From an uncultured Acidobacteriota bacterium (GTDB lineage Bacteria; Acidobacteriota; Vicinamibacteria; Fen-336): a stretch of DNA of 64,000 nt. The translations under genes were made by a program, and so were the position numbers. Shown here piece by piece: positions 11,413-21,365 of this stretch. A model generated the notes under the pieces. It was not told the DNA's origin. It ran no database searches and worked only from the letters and a program-made list of their open reading frames with translations. Within the stretch, counting starts at the first letter, position 1; each line of letters begins with the position of its first letter. Location of the stretch: positions 352,001-416,000 of the forward strand of contig OY970399.1 in assembly GCA_963720545.1 (NCBI GenBank). Direction: 5' to 3'.

Positions 11413-12273
11413 TTATGCGGATCGGATTCTATCAGCCCGCTCCGCCAGGTTCGGCGCGCCGAGGTCCGCTGCAACCGACTTGAAGCGCTCCGTAGGGCCG
11501 TTCCAGCGCCAGGAATCGACGCTGCCGACCTCGCAATCGACGACGATCGTCGCGAGCTTGCGAAACAGCATCGCCAGGTCGCGCTGGCCGGCGAGGCTCG
11601 CGGCCAGTTTGTCGGCGCCGCGCAATCCCGGCACATCCCAGCCTGTCGCCGGGATGTTGTCAATCGAACCGTAGCGGGCGAGCACCGCGGTCGCGCTCTT
11701 CGCGCCGAAGCCCGCGATGCCCGGGAAACCGTCCGCGGAGTCGCCGACGAGCGCCAGCCAATCGGCGATGGCGCCCGGCGGCACGCCAAACTTGGCGGTG
11801 ATCCCCGCCTCGTCGAAGGTGACGCGGTTGCGCCTGTCCACCTGCACCACGCGCTCGCCGCGAACGCATTGGCCGAGGTCCTTGTCGGGGGTGAGGATCA
11901 GCACCTGCTCGACGCGCGGGTCTGCCGACGCTACCGCGGCGGCGCTGCCAAGGGCATCGTCGGCCTCGTGCTCGACCATTGCCCAGGTGGTGACGCCCAT
12001 CGCCACGAGCGCATCTTCCACCACCGGAATCTGCTCGAGCAGCACCGGGTCCATGCCTTCGCTCGTCTTGTACCCGGGCCACAGCCCGTTGCGGAAGCTC
12101 TCGATCACGTGGTCGCTGGCAACGCCCACGTGCGTCGCCCCATCGGCGAGCAGCTGCAGCGTGGACGCGAGCACCCCCGTGGTCGCGGCATAAGGAGGCG
12201 GCTCGCCGCCGCGCGCGGCGCCGTAGTGCTGGCGAAACATCTCGTAAGTACCGTCGATCAGGTGGACGCGCAT
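11413..12273 (-). CDS. Stand-alone 5'-3' exonuclease / flap endonuclease (PolA N-terminal-like)
   Basis: HLIDGT, EADD, DKDL, LVGDSADGFPGIAGFGAKSA helix-hairpin-helix. Confidence 0.9.
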   Translation of the reverse strand: MRVHLIDGTYEMFRQHYGAARGGEPPPYAATTGVLASTLQLLADGATHVGVASDHVIESFRNGLWPGYKTSEGMDPVLLEQIPVVEDALVAMGVTTWAMVEHEADDALGSAAAVASADPRVEQVLILTPDKDLGQCVRGERVVQVDRRNRVTFDEAGITAKFGVPPGAIADWLALVGDSADGFPGIAGFGAKSATAVLARYGSIDNIPATGWDVPGLRGADKLAASLAGQRDLAMLFRKLATIVVDCEVGSVDSWRWNGPTERFKSVAADLGAPNLAERADRIRSA

Positions 12274-12335
12274 GGCGAAGGCCGTTTGCCGCCCGCAGGC
12301 TAGCATTGCGTCATCGTGCCCGGAGGCTTGCCACA

Positions 12336-12701
12336 ATGATCGCCGCCGTGCGGCTCGGAACCGCGCTCGTGTGGATCGTCTTTGGCCTCGGCTTCAAGGT
12401 GTTCGACCTCGTGCCGCGGCACCGCGCCATCGTCGACGCCATCCTCGGCTCGAAGCTCGCCGCCCCGGTGACGCTTGCGATCGGGATTGGCGAGACGGGG
12501 CTCGGTATCTGGATCCTGAGCGGCCGCATGCCGCGCACCTGCGCCGCGGTGCAAACAGCGGCGATCGTGGCAATGAACGCGCTCGAACTCACACGGTCGC
12601 GCGGACTCCTGCTGGCGCCGATGCCCATGGTCTGTGCCAATGCCGTCTTTCTCGCGGCCGGCTGGTACCTGGCGCTCAACACGGCAAGGCCGGCGCGCTG
12701 A
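12336..12701 (+). CDS. DoxX-like membrane protein
   Basis: Four hydrophobic segments, VWIVFGLGFK and IGIGETGLGIWIL; GGAGG RBS. Confidence 0.65.
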   Translation: MIAAVRLGTALVWIVFGLGFKVFDLVPRHRAIVDAILGSKLAAPVTLAIGIGETGLGIWILSGRMPRTCAAVQTAAIVAMNALELTRSRGLLLAPMPMVCANAVFLAAGWYLALNTARPAR

Positions 12702-13462
12702 TGCTGCACCTCCTGCGGAGGCATCCGTTCCCGGTGCGAGCGTTCTTCCGGCATTCGCTGGTCCTCACCTATGCGTGTCCCCAGGAACAGCTGCAGGCGC
12801 TGCTGCCTCCGGGACTGGTGGTCGATACCTACGAGGGCAACGCGTTCCTCGCGATCGCGCTCGTCCAGACCGAGGCGCTTCGCCCCGCCGGGCTCCCCGC
12901 GGCGCTCGGCCGCAGGTTCTTTCTTTCGGGATACCGCATCTTCAGCCGCTATCGGCAGGCCGACGGCCGCGTGCTGCGCGGGCTGCGCATACTGCGCAGC
13001 GACACAGACAGCCGCATGATGACCTTGCTCGGCAACCTCCTCACCCACTACCGCTATCGGTTGTGCCGTGCCGAGGTCGAACGCACGCCCGATGCGCTCA
13101 CGGTACGCATCACCACTCCCGGCGCGGAGGCAGACCTCAGCGTGCGTGCGTCTACCATCGCGGCGACGGCGCCACCTGCCGGGTCGCCGTTTCCCGACCT
13201 CATCACCGCGCGCCGCTTTGCGGGGCCGTTGCCATTCACCTTCGACTACGAGGCGCAGACGCGGCGCATGGTAATCATCGAAGGCGTGCGCAGCGACTGG
13301 GATCCGCTTCCGGTCCCTATCGAGATATCGCGTTGCACTTTTTTCGAGCGGCTGCCGTTTGCCGGCACGGTGCCGAGGCTGGCGGCCGCGTTCCTGGTGG
13401 AGAACGTGCGTTATCGCTGGCGCCGCGGCGTCCTCGCCGCACTGCCGGAGGGCGCCGCGTGA
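12701..13462 (+). CDS. DUF2071 / YqjF-like protein
   Basis: HPFPVRAFFRHSLVLTYA, LRGLRILRSDTD, FAGPLPFTF; TGATG-coupled to the upstream gene. Confidence 0.65.
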   Translation: MLHLLRRHPFPVRAFFRHSLVLTYACPQEQLQALLPPGLVVDTYEGNAFLAIALVQTEALRPAGLPAALGRRFFLSGYRIFSRYRQADGRVLRGLRILRSDTDSRMMTLLGNLLTHYRYRLCRAEVERTPDALTVRITTPGAEADLSVRASTIAATAPPAGSPFPDLITARRFAGPLPFTFDYEAQTRRMVIIEGVRSDWDPLPVPIEISRCTFFERLPFAGTVPRLAAAFLVENVRYRWRRGVLAALPEGAA

Positions 13463-14202
13463 GTGGCAGCGCCGGCCTGCACAAGATCGTCGTCTTCAAC
13501 TGGCCGTGGTTCGCTGCCGCTCTGGTGGCGGCAGCGGCGGCGGCAGCGCTACTGCGACACGGGGCGCTCGACCCGCGGCTCGCCGCGGCGGTGGCAGCGG
13601 GATTCGCTGCGGCCGGCGCCTGGTCGATCCTGTCCCTGGCGGTGTCGCATTACGTCTACGACCGCTCCCCGGTGGCGCGCGGCGAGTGGCTGGCAGGCCT
13701 CCTGCCCGACCATGGGGCGCGCATCGGAGTGTTCCACGCCGGCCAGGATGAGGCGTCGGCGGCAATCGGCCGCTTGCTTCCCCTGGCGGTCACGCAGGTG
13801 TTCGACTTCTACGACCCGGCCGTCTCCAGCACCCCGTCGCTGCGGCGTGCACGGGCCAGGAGCGCCAGGCGCGACCTGCCCGCCTCCCCGCAGCATTTGC
13901 CCCTCACGACAGGCGCCATCGATGCCGGCGTGGTCGCGTTCGCGGCTCACGAGATCCGCAGCCCCGAAGCGCGCGCCGCCTTCTTCGGCGAACTGCGCCG
14001 CGTGCTGGCGCCCGACGGCCGTGCGGTCGTCGTCGAGCACCTCCGAGACGGCTGGAATTTTCTTGCCTACGGTCCGGGTGCCCTGCACTTCTTCTCGCGC
14101 AGCACCTGGCTCCGGGCGTTTGCCGAAGGCGGACTGCGCGTCCGCGCGGAGGAGCGGTGCACCGCCTTCGTGCGGGTCTTCACGCTCGAGGCTGCGCCAT
14201 GA
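13459..14202 (+). CDS. Membrane-anchored class I SAM-dependent methyltransferase
   Basis: Two N-terminal TM helices, degenerate motif I FHAGQDE, AAHEIR, LRRVLAPDG, EHLRD; GTGA overlap. Confidence 0.7.
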   Translation: MSGSAGLHKIVVFNWPWFAAALVAAAAAAALLRHGALDPRLAAAVAAGFAAAGAWSILSLAVSHYVYDRSPVARGEWLAGLLPDHGARIGVFHAGQDEASAAIGRLLPLAVTQVFDFYDPAVSSTPSLRRARARSARRDLPASPQHLPLTTGAIDAGVVAFAAHEIRSPEARAAFFGELRRVLAPDGRAVVVEHLRDGWNFLAYGPGALHFFSRSTWLRAFAEGGLRVRAEERCTAFVRVFTLEAAP

Positions 14203-14621
14203 GCGACGAGTGGCTGCTGCGGACCGCCGGAGCGCTGCAGATCGCACTGGCGCTGCTGCACGCCTTCTTCCCGAAGCGCTTCGACTGGGCGGTCGAACTC
14301 GGCCGCCTGTCGCTCCTCAACCGGCAGATCTTCATCGTGCACACGGTGTTCGTCTGTTTCACGCTGCTGCTCCTGGGCTCGCTCTCGGCGTTCGCCCCGC
14401 AGGCGCTGCTGGTGCCGACGCCGCTCTCGCGGCTGGTGCTCGCCGGAATTGCGTCCTTCTGGGGACTGCGGTTCCTGGTGCAGTGGCTCTATTACGACCG
14501 AGTGTTGTGGCGCGGCCACCGCTTCAACACCGTCATGCACGGACTCTTCACCGGCGTGTGGGTGTATCTCACCGGTGTCTACACGTGGCTCTTCTGCGTG
14601 CAGACCGCCGCCGGCCGCTAG
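14199..14621 (+). CDS. Four-TM hypothetical membrane protein
   Basis: HAFFPKRFDW, FIVHT, FWGLR; ATGA overlap with the upstream stop. Confidence 0.7.
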   Translation: MSDEWLLRTAGALQIALALLHAFFPKRFDWAVELGRLSLLNRQIFIVHTVFVCFTLLLLGSLSAFAPQALLVPTPLSRLVLAGIASFWGLRFLVQWLYYDRVLWRGHRFNTVMHGLFTGVWVYLTGVYTWLFCVQTAAGR

Positions 14622-14630
14622 GCCGAGGCG

Positions 14631-16322
14631 CTACAGGTCGTCGTAGCGCGGGCCGCCGCCGCCTTCGGGCGTGACCCAGGTGATGATCTGGTACGGGTCC
14701 ATGACGTCGCAGGTCTTGCAGTGGACGCAGTTGGAGAAGTTGATCTGCAGGCGCTGGCCCGGTGCGCCGTCCTTCGGCACCATTTCGTAGACGGCGGCCG
14801 GGCAGAAGCGTTCGCACGGGTTGCCGTACTCGGTGGTGCAGCGCGTTTCGCAGATGTTGGTGTCGGCCACGTGCAGGTGCGTCGGCTGGTCTTCCTCGTG
14901 CTTCGTCCCCGAGTGGTAGACGTCGGTGAGCCGGTCGAACGTCAGCTTGCCGTCGGGTTTCGCGCGCACGAAAGAGTCGTGGCTGGTGCCTGCGCCGTGC
15001 GCTTGCTGCAATGTCTCTATTTCGGCGTATCCCTTGCCCGGCGCCATGGGATCGACGAGGCCGCGGCCGCCGCTGAACATCTGCAGCCCGCTGTTCACGA
15101 GCCCGGGCCAGAGCCCGTGCTTGAAGCCCGCGTGGAAGTTGCGCACCTTCCAGAGTTCCTTCTTCACCCAGCTCTGTTCCACTTTGGCCGCGAAGGCCGA
15201 GAGCTTCGCTGCCGACGTGTCCGCGGCGACGAGCGCCTCGAGCGCCGTTTCCGCGGCGAGCATGCCGGTCTTGAGGCCGAGATGGATCCCCTTGAGGCGC
15301 ATGCCGTTGAGGAAGCCGGCAGCCTCCCCAGCGATCAGCAGGCCATCGGCATAGGGTCGCGGCACGCTGTACCAGCCGCCCTCGCTGATGGTGCGCGCGC
15401 CGTAGCGCACCATGGTGCCGCCCTCGAGCAGCGGCTTGACCAGCGGATGCTCCTTGAACTTGCCGAACAGCCCATGCGGATCGACGAACGGATCGCGGTA
15501 GTCGAGGCCGGCGACCAGGCCCACGGAAATGCGCGTCTCGGTGAGCCCGTAGATGAAACCGCCGCCGAAGGTGTGGTTGTCGAGCGGCGCGCCCAGCGTG
15601 TGCAGCACGGCACCCCTGGCGAGCCGGCCCGCGGGCACTTCCCACAGCTCCTTCACGGCGATCGCGTAGACCTGCGGCTGCTTGCCGGCGTCGAGCTTGA
15701 GCTTCGACACGACCGTCTTGGTCAGGCTGCCGCGCGCGCCTTCGGCCAGGATCGTCACCTTCGCGCGCAGGTCGACACCCGCCTCGAAGTTCGCCTTGCG
15801 CTTGCCGTGCTTGTCGATGCCCTTGTCGCCGGTGCGCACGCCGACCACGCGCTCGCCCTCGTAGAGCAGCTCCGCCGCCGGGAAGCCGGGCAGCATGTCG
15901 ATGCCCATGGCTTCAGCCTGCGCCGCCAGCCACTTCACCAGCTGGTTGAGGCTGATGACGTAGTTGCCGTGGTTCTGCAGCGGCGGTGGCACGATCGGCA
16001 GCCGGATCCTGCCGCTGCCGGTGAGGAAGTAGACATGATCCTCGCTGACCTCGGTCGCGACCGGCGCACCCTTTTCCTTGAAGTCGGGAATGAGCTCGAG
16101 GAGCGCCCGCGGGTCGAGGATCGCTCCCGATATGTTGTGCGCGCCAAACTCGGCGGCCTTCTCCACCACCATGACGGCGGCTTCGAGTTTGGTGCCGGCG
16201 GTCTTGTTGTGCTCGTCGAGCTGCTGCTTGAAGCGGATGGCCGCGCCGAGACCGGCGGGCCCGCCGCCGACGATCAGGACATCGGTCTCGAGTACGTCGC
16301 GCGCGCTTTCCGTGTCACCCAT
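14631..16322 (-). CDS. Electron transfer flavoprotein-ubiquinone oxidoreductase
   Basis: DVLIVGGGPAGL FAD motif, KELWE, C-terminal 4Fe-4S cysteines (CPAAVYE, NCVHCKTC). Confidence 0.95.
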   Translation of the reverse strand: MGDTESARDVLETDVLIVGGGPAGLGAAIRFKQQLDEHNKTAGTKLEAAVMVVEKAAEFGAHNISGAILDPRALLELIPDFKEKGAPVATEVSEDHVYFLTGSGRIRLPIVPPPLQNHGNYVISLNQLVKWLAAQAEAMGIDMLPGFPAAELLYEGERVVGVRTGDKGIDKHGKRKANFEAGVDLRAKVTILAEGARGSLTKTVVSKLKLDAGKQPQVYAIAVKELWEVPAGRLARGAVLHTLGAPLDNHTFGGGFIYGLTETRISVGLVAGLDYRDPFVDPHGLFGKFKEHPLVKPLLEGGTMVRYGARTISEGGWYSVPRPYADGLLIAGEAAGFLNGMRLKGIHLGLKTGMLAAETALEALVAADTSAAKLSAFAAKVEQSWVKKELWKVRNFHAGFKHGLWPGLVNSGLQMFSGGRGLVDPMAPGKGYAEIETLQQAHGAGTSHDSFVRAKPDGKLTFDRLTDVYHSGTKHEEDQPTHLHVADTNICETRCTTEYGNPCERFCPAAVYEMVPKDGAPGQRLQINFSNCVHCKTCDVMDPYQIITWVTPEGGGGPRYDDL

Positions 16323-16344
16323 CGCTATCGCGGCTCATGCCGCT

Positions 16345-17325
16345 TCAGTGCTTTCCGGCGAAGTGCGCTTTGGCTGCTTCGGTGAGCTTCGGGGCGATCT
16401 CGAACACGTCGCCGACGATGCCGTAATCGGCCACCTTGAAGATCGGCGCATCGGCATCCTTGTTGACGGCAACGATCACTTTCGACGACGACATTCCGGC
16501 GAGGTGCTGGATGGCACCGCTGATGCCGAGCGCGATGTAAAGGTTGGGCGAGACGGTCTTGCCCGTCTGGCCGACCTGGTAGTGATGGTCGATCCAGCCG
16601 GCGTCGACCACGGCGCGCGAGGCGCCCACGGCGGCGCCAAACGCCTCGGCAAGTTTCTCGACGAGCGGGAAGTTCTCGGGTCCCTTGAGGCCGCGGCCGC
16701 CGGAGACGATGGTCTGCGCTTCGGTCAGTTCGATCTTGCCGGCGCCGCCCATCTTCGTCTCGACCACCCGGGCGCGCGCCGCCGCGTCCACGGCCGCCGA
16801 CTTCACTTCGGCCTGGCGCGCGGCGTCCTTCGCGCCGAGGGCGAAGACGTTGGCGCGCAGTGTCGCGATCTGCGGAGCGCCGGTCCATTCGACGGTTGCA
16901 TAAGCCTTGCCGGCATACATGGGGCGGCGCGCCACGAGGCTGCCGTCCTTGATGCTGATCGAGACGCAGTCGGAGGCGAGTCCGGCCCCCTGCTTCGCCG
17001 CGAGGCGCGGCGCCAGGTCCTTGCCCTGCGCCGTGAAGGCAATCAGCACCGCCGTGGCGGAAGTCGCCGCGATCACGGCGGCGAGGGCCTTCGCGTGCAC
17101 TTCGGTTGCATATGCCGCGAGTGCCGGGTCCTCGAAGACGTGCACCTCATCGGCGCCGTAGGCGCCAAGTTCCGTCGCCAGGCTCGCGACGGAGGCGCCG
17201 ACCAGCGCGGCCGCGACGCGGCCGCCGCTGCCGTCCGCCAGCCGGCGCGCTTCGCTCAGCGTTTCGAGCGAGGCGCGTCGCAGCCTGGCGTCGTGATGTT
17301 CGGCGTAGACGACGATCGTGCCCAT
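16345..17325 (-). CDS. etfA: Electron transfer flavoprotein alpha subunit
   Basis: [36 protein letters not shown]. Confidence 0.96.
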   Translation of the reverse strand: MGTIVVYAEHHDARLRRASLETLSEARRLADGSGGRVAAALVGASVASLATELGAYGADEVHVFEDPALAAYATEVHAKALAAVIAATSATAVLIAFTAQGKDLAPRLAAKQGAGLASDCVSISIKDGSLVARRPMYAGKAYATVEWTGAPQIATLRANVFALGAKDAARQAEVKSAAVDAAARARVVETKMGGAGKIELTEAQTIVSGGRGLKGPENFPLVEKLAEAFGAAVGASRAVVDAGWIDHHYQVGQTGKTVSPNLYIALGISGAIQHLAGMSSSKVIVAVNKDADAPIFKVADYGIVGDVFEIAPKLTEAAKAHFAGKH

Positions 17326-17327
17326 GC

Positions 17328-18098
17328 CTAGATCACCTTCGCTTCTTCATGCAGCAGGCGCAGCAGTTCCTTCACCTGCACGTCGGCGTCGCCGGCGATC
17401 ATCTTCACGGCGCCGCGCACCGGCGGCAGTGCCAGCGCGGTGACGCGCGTGTGCGGCTGCAGGTCCGCCTCGGCGAGGCCGAGTGCCGCGGCATCCCAGC
17501 TCTCGATCGTCTTCTTCTTCGCCGCCATGATGCCCTTGAGGCTCGCGTAGCGCGGTTCGTTCAGGCCCTTCTGCGCCGAAACGACCGCGGGCAGGCTGGT
17601 TTCCCACACCTCCACGCCGCCCTCCACCTCGCGCTCGGCCTTCGCCGCGCCCTCGCTAATCTCGAGCTTCACCACGGTCGTGACCTGCGGCAGGTCGAGG
17701 AGTTCCGCGAGCAGGCCGGGCATCTGGCTATTGTCCCCGCCAACGCCTTGCTGCCCGGTCAGGATCAGGTCGTACGCGCCGATCCTGCGGATCGCGGCGG
17801 CGAGGGCGCGTGCCGCCGCCAGCGTGTCGCTCGTCTCGGCCTTCACGTGGACCGCGGAGTCGGCGCCCATGGCGAGGCCGGTGCGCAGCGCCGTTTGCAC
17901 GCGGTCGGCGCCGAGCGACAGCAACACGACTTCGCCGCCCTTTGCTTCGCGCAGGCGCAGCGCCTCCTCGATCGCGAACTCGTCGTAGGGCGAGACCACC
18001 CAGTTGATTTCCGATTCCACGATCGCGGCACCGTCGGGCGCGATGCGCACCCGCGTTTCCGTGTCCGGAACCTGCTTGACGCAGACGAGGATCTTCAT
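17328..18098 (-). CDS. etfB: Electron transfer flavoprotein beta subunit
   Basis: MKILVCVKQVPD, PYDEFAIEEALRL, LAMGAD, NEPRYASLKGIM. Confidence 0.96.
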   Translation of the reverse strand: MKILVCVKQVPDTETRVRIAPDGAAIVESEINWVVSPYDEFAIEEALRLREAKGGEVVLLSLGADRVQTALRTGLAMGADSAVHVKAETSDTLAAARALAAAIRRIGAYDLILTGQQGVGGDNSQMPGLLAELLDLPQVTTVVKLEISEGAAKAEREVEGGVEVWETSLPAVVSAQKGLNEPRYASLKGIMAAKKKTIESWDAAALGLAEADLQPHTRVTALALPPVRGAVKMIAGDADVQVKELLRLLHEEAKVI

Positions 18099-18117
18099 TG
18101 CTTGGCGGAATCCTTGC

Positions 18118-19365
18118 TCAGGCCGCGTGCCGCTTCATGATGAGCGCGGCGTTGGTGCCGCCGAAGCCGAACGAGTTGGACAGCGCGTACTCCACCTGCA
18201 CCTTGCGGGCCTGGTTGGGAATGCAGTCGAGGTCGCACGCGAGATCCTGGTTTTCGAGGTTGATCGTCGGCGGCAGGATGCCGTGGTGCAGTGCCAGCGC
18301 GGTAAATGCCGCCTCGGCGCCGCCGGCCGCGCCCAGCAGGTGCCCGGTCATCGACTTGGTCGAACTGATCGCGAGCTTGCGCGCATGCGCGCCGAACACG
18401 GCCTTCGCCGAAAGGATCTCGATGGGGTCGCCCGACGGCGTCGAGGTGCCGTGCGCGTTGATGTATTCGATCTGCTCCGGCGCCACCCCGGCGTCCTTGA
18501 GGGCCGCCTTCATCACGCGAATGATGCCATCGCCGTTCTCGGCGGGCGTCGAAATGTGGAAGGCGTCGCTGCTCATGCCATAGCCGATCATTTCGGCGTA
18601 GATGCGGGCGCCGCGCGCCAGGGCGCGTTCGCGCTCCTCGAGGATGACGATGCCGGCGCCCTCGCCCATGACGAAGCCGTCGCGGTCGCGATCGAAGGGC
18701 CGCGAGGCTTTCTCGGGCGCGTCGTTGCGGGTGGACACGGCGCGCATCGAGCAAAAGCCGCCGAGGCCGAGCGCGGTGATGGCGGCCTCGCTGCCGCCGG
18801 CGATCATCACCTCGGCTTCGCCGCGCTGGATGATCCGCAGCGAATCGCCGATGGCGTGGCCGCTGGTGGCGCAGGCGGTGGCGGTCGCGGAGTTCGGACC
18901 CTTGGCGCCGGTGCGGATCGACACCCAGCCTGAGGCCAGGTTGATGATGGCGGCCGGGATGAAGAACGGGCTGATGCGCCGCGGCCCGCTCTTCAGCATG
19001 GTCTCGTGCTCGCGCTCGATGGTGGCGAACCCGCCGATGCCGCTGCCAATGTAGACGCCGATCTTCTCGGCATCCTCGCCGGAGATCGTGAGCTGCGCGT
19101 CCTTGGTGGCAAAGTCGGCCGCCGCCACCGCGAACTGGATGAAGCGGTCCATCTTCTTGACGTCTTTCTTGTCGACCCAGTTGAGCGGGTCGAATCCCTT
19201 CACCTCACAGGCGAAATGCGCGGTGTGCTGGGAGGCATCGAAGAGGGTGATGGGCCCGGCGCCGGAACGGCCTGAAACGATGCCTTCCCAGCTGGGGCCG
19301 TTGCCGATGCCCAACGGTGTCACGAGCCCGATGCCCGTGACGACGACGCGGCGCTTCTCCAGCAA
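18118..19365 (-). CDS. fabF: 3-oxoacyl-ACP synthase II
   Basis: [14 protein letters not shown] (Cys), [31 protein letters not shown]. Confidence 0.97.
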   Translation of the reverse strand: MLEKRRVVVTGIGLVTPLGIGNGPSWEGIVSGRSGAGPITLFDASQHTAHFACEVKGFDPLNWVDKKDVKKMDRFIQFAVAAADFATKDAQLTISGEDAEKIGVYIGSGIGGFATIEREHETMLKSGPRRISPFFIPAAIINLASGWVSIRTGAKGPNSATATACATSGHAIGDSLRIIQRGEAEVMIAGGSEAAITALGLGGFCSMRAVSTRNDAPEKASRPFDRDRDGFVMGEGAGIVILEERERALARGARIYAEMIGYGMSSDAFHISTPAENGDGIIRVMKAALKDAGVAPEQIEYINAHGTSTPSGDPIEILSAKAVFGAHARKLAISSTKSMTGHLLGAAGGAEAAFTALALHHGILPPTINLENQDLACDLDCIPNQARKVQVEYALSNSFGFGGTNAALIMKRHAA

Positions 19366-19371
19366 GACTCC

Positions 19372-19611
19372 CTACTTCTTGGAGTGCTTCTGGATGTAGT
19401 CGACGGCTTCCTTGACCTTCGTGATCTTCTCGGCGTCCTCGTCCGGGATCTCGATCCCGAATTCTTCCTCGAGGGCCATGACGAGTTCGACGGTGTCGAG
19501 GCTGTCGGCTCCCAGATCGTCGACGAACGAGGCATCCGGGGTCACCAGGTCCTCCTCGACCCCGAGCTGGTCCACGATGATCTTCTTTACCCGACCTTCA
19601 ACAGGCTCCAT
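19372..19611 (-). CDS. acpP: Acyl carrier protein
   Basis: [29 protein letters not shown]. Confidence 0.98.
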   Translation of the reverse strand: MEPVEGRVKKIIVDQLGVEEDLVTPDASFVDDLGADSLDTVELVMALEEEFGIEIPDEDAEKITKVKEAVDYIQKHSKK

Positions 19612-19667
19612 CCGTCCTCCTTGAGGCGCGTCGTCAAACTGTCAGCAAAGCTCTCGAATGTGTTTAC

Positions 19668-19673
19668 ATTCTA
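19668..19673 (-). promoter_or_regulatory. Putative internal -10 element (TAGAAT) for acpP
   Basis: TAGAAT in the AT-rich fabG-acpP gap. Confidence 0.45.
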
Positions 19674-19695
19674 GCGAAAAGCCGCGGCCAAAGAA

Positions 19696-20421
19696 CTACA
19701 TGTGGAAGCCGCCATCGACGGCCAGGACCTGGCCGGTGATGTAGGCGGCGGCGTCCGAAAGCAGGAAAAGCACAGCGCCGGCAAGGTCTTCCGGCGTGCC
19801 GGTGCGGCCCATGGGAATGGCCGCGGCGAGACCTTCCCGGGCCTTGTCGGTCATGGCCGCGGTCATGTCGGTCTCGATGAATCCAGGGGCGACGGCGTTC
19901 ACCGTGATGGCGCGCGACGCGACCTCGCGGGCGATCGACTTGGTGAAGCCGACGACCCCCGCCTTGCTGGCGGCGTAGTTGGCCTGACCCGCGTTGCCGG
20001 CGAGACCGACGACCGAGGTCACGTTGACGATGCGGCCGCTGCGCTGCTTCAGCATCGGCTTCAGTACCGCCTGGGTGCAGAGAAAGACGCCGGTCAGGTT
20101 GGTCGCGATCACGGAGTCCCATTCGTCCTGCTTCATCCGCAGCAGCAGGTTGTCGCGCGTGATGCCGGCGTTGTTCACCAGTCCGTCGACGCGGCCCGCG
20201 GCAGCGAGCACTTGTGCGACGCCCGCCTCGACCGAAGCGCGGCTCGCGACGTCAAGAGCGAGGGCGTCGGCCTTGCCGCCCTGGCCGCGGATGGCGCCAA
20301 CCACTGCCTCGAGCTTCCCCGCATCCCTGGCCGCGGCGAACACGTGGTCGCCGCGCGCGGCGAGCGCCACTGCCAGCGCCTTGCCAATGCCCCGCGACGC
20401 GCCCGTGACTATGACGATCAT
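19696..20421 (-). CDS. fabG: 3-oxoacyl-ACP reductase
   Basis: TGASRGIG, NNAGITRD, YAASK, VAPGFIETDMT. Confidence 0.96.
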   Translation of the reverse strand: MIVIVTGASRGIGKALAVALAARGDHVFAAARDAGKLEAVVGAIRGQGGKADALALDVASRASVEAGVAQVLAAAGRVDGLVNNAGITRDNLLLRMKQDEWDSVIATNLTGVFLCTQAVLKPMLKQRSGRIVNVTSVVGLAGNAGQANYAASKAGVVGFTKSIAREVASRAITVNAVAPGFIETDMTAAMTDKAREGLAAAIPMGRTGTPEDLAGAVLFLLSDAAAYITGQVLAVDGGFHM

Positions 20422-21365
20422 TGCGAGGCTCCCTGGGTGGCCAGCGCGGTGACGGCGGCTTCGGCCGAGGCGGCGTCGTGCACGTTCATGAGCACGGCGT
20501 CGGGCACGATCTTCTTCACGAGGCCCGTGAGCACCGAACCTTGCCCCAATTCCACGAACCGGCTGACGCCTTCGCCGGCGAGCGTTTCGACGACAGCGGT
20601 CCACAGCACCGGCGCCGACACCTGGCGCACCAGGTTGTCGCGGCACTCCGGGCCGCTGCGCGAGACCCGACCCGCGACGTTGTTGACGAGCGGAAAGCGC
20701 GGATCCGCGAAGGCGAGCGCCGCGAGGTCGGACGCGAGCCGCTCCTGCGCCGGCATCATCAGCGCACAGTGGAACGGCGCCGAGACCGGCAACTTGATGG
20801 CGCGCCGCGCGCCCGCCGCCTTGCACGCCGCGATGGCACGGTCGACCGCATCCGCATGGCCTGCGATCACCACCTGGCCGGGCGCGTTGACGTTCGCTTC
20901 CGACACGACCTGCCCCTGCGCCGCTTCGAGGCACGCCGAGCGGACCGCTTCGCTCGCGAGGCCGAGGATGGCAGCCATGGCGCCGGCACCCACCGGCACC
21001 GCCTCCTGCATGTACGTGCCGCGCCGGCGAACCAGCGACACGGCGTCGCGCAGAGAGAGCGAGCCGGCGGCGACGAGTGCCGAGTACTCGCCAAGGCTGT
21101 GCCCGGCCACGTAGTCGGGGGCGATGCCCTGCGCCTCGAGCACGCGCCAGGCCGCCACGCTCGTCGTGAGGATGGCCGGCTGGGTGTTGGCGGTGAGCGC
21201 CAGGTCCGCTTCTGGTCCGTCGAAGCAAAGTGCCGAGAGCGAGAACCCGAGTGCCGCATCGGCCTCTGCAAAGGCTGCCTTCGCGGCCGCGTTGCTCGCG
21301 GCGAGCGAGCGCCCCATCCCGACCTTCTGCGAGCCCTGCCCCGGGAACAGGAAAGCGGTCTTCAT
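20418..21365 (-). CDS. fabD: Malonyl-CoA:ACP transacylase
   Basis: FLFPGQGSQ, GHSLGEY, VSAPFH. Confidence 0.97.
   Translation of the reverse strand: MKTAFLFPGQGSQKVGMGRSLAASNAAAKAAFAEADAALGFSLSALCFDGPEADLALTANTQPAILTTSVAAWRVLEAQGIAPDYVAGHSLGEYSALVAAGSLSLRDAVSLVRRRGTYMQEAVPVGAGAMAAILGLASEAVRSACLEAAQGQVVSEANVNAPGQVVIAGHADAVDRAIAACKAAGARRAIKLPVSAPFHCALMMPAQERLASDLAALAFADPRFPLVNNVAGRVSRSGPECRDNLVRQVSAPVLWTAVVETLAGEGVSRFVELGQGSVLTGLVKKIVPDAVLMNVHDAASAEAAVTALATQGASQ

Noticed and set aside
11426..11431. TAGAAT upstream of leuS as a promoter
   Set aside because: Lies inside the 3' end of the exonuclease CDS with no supporting -35; possible but unsupported.
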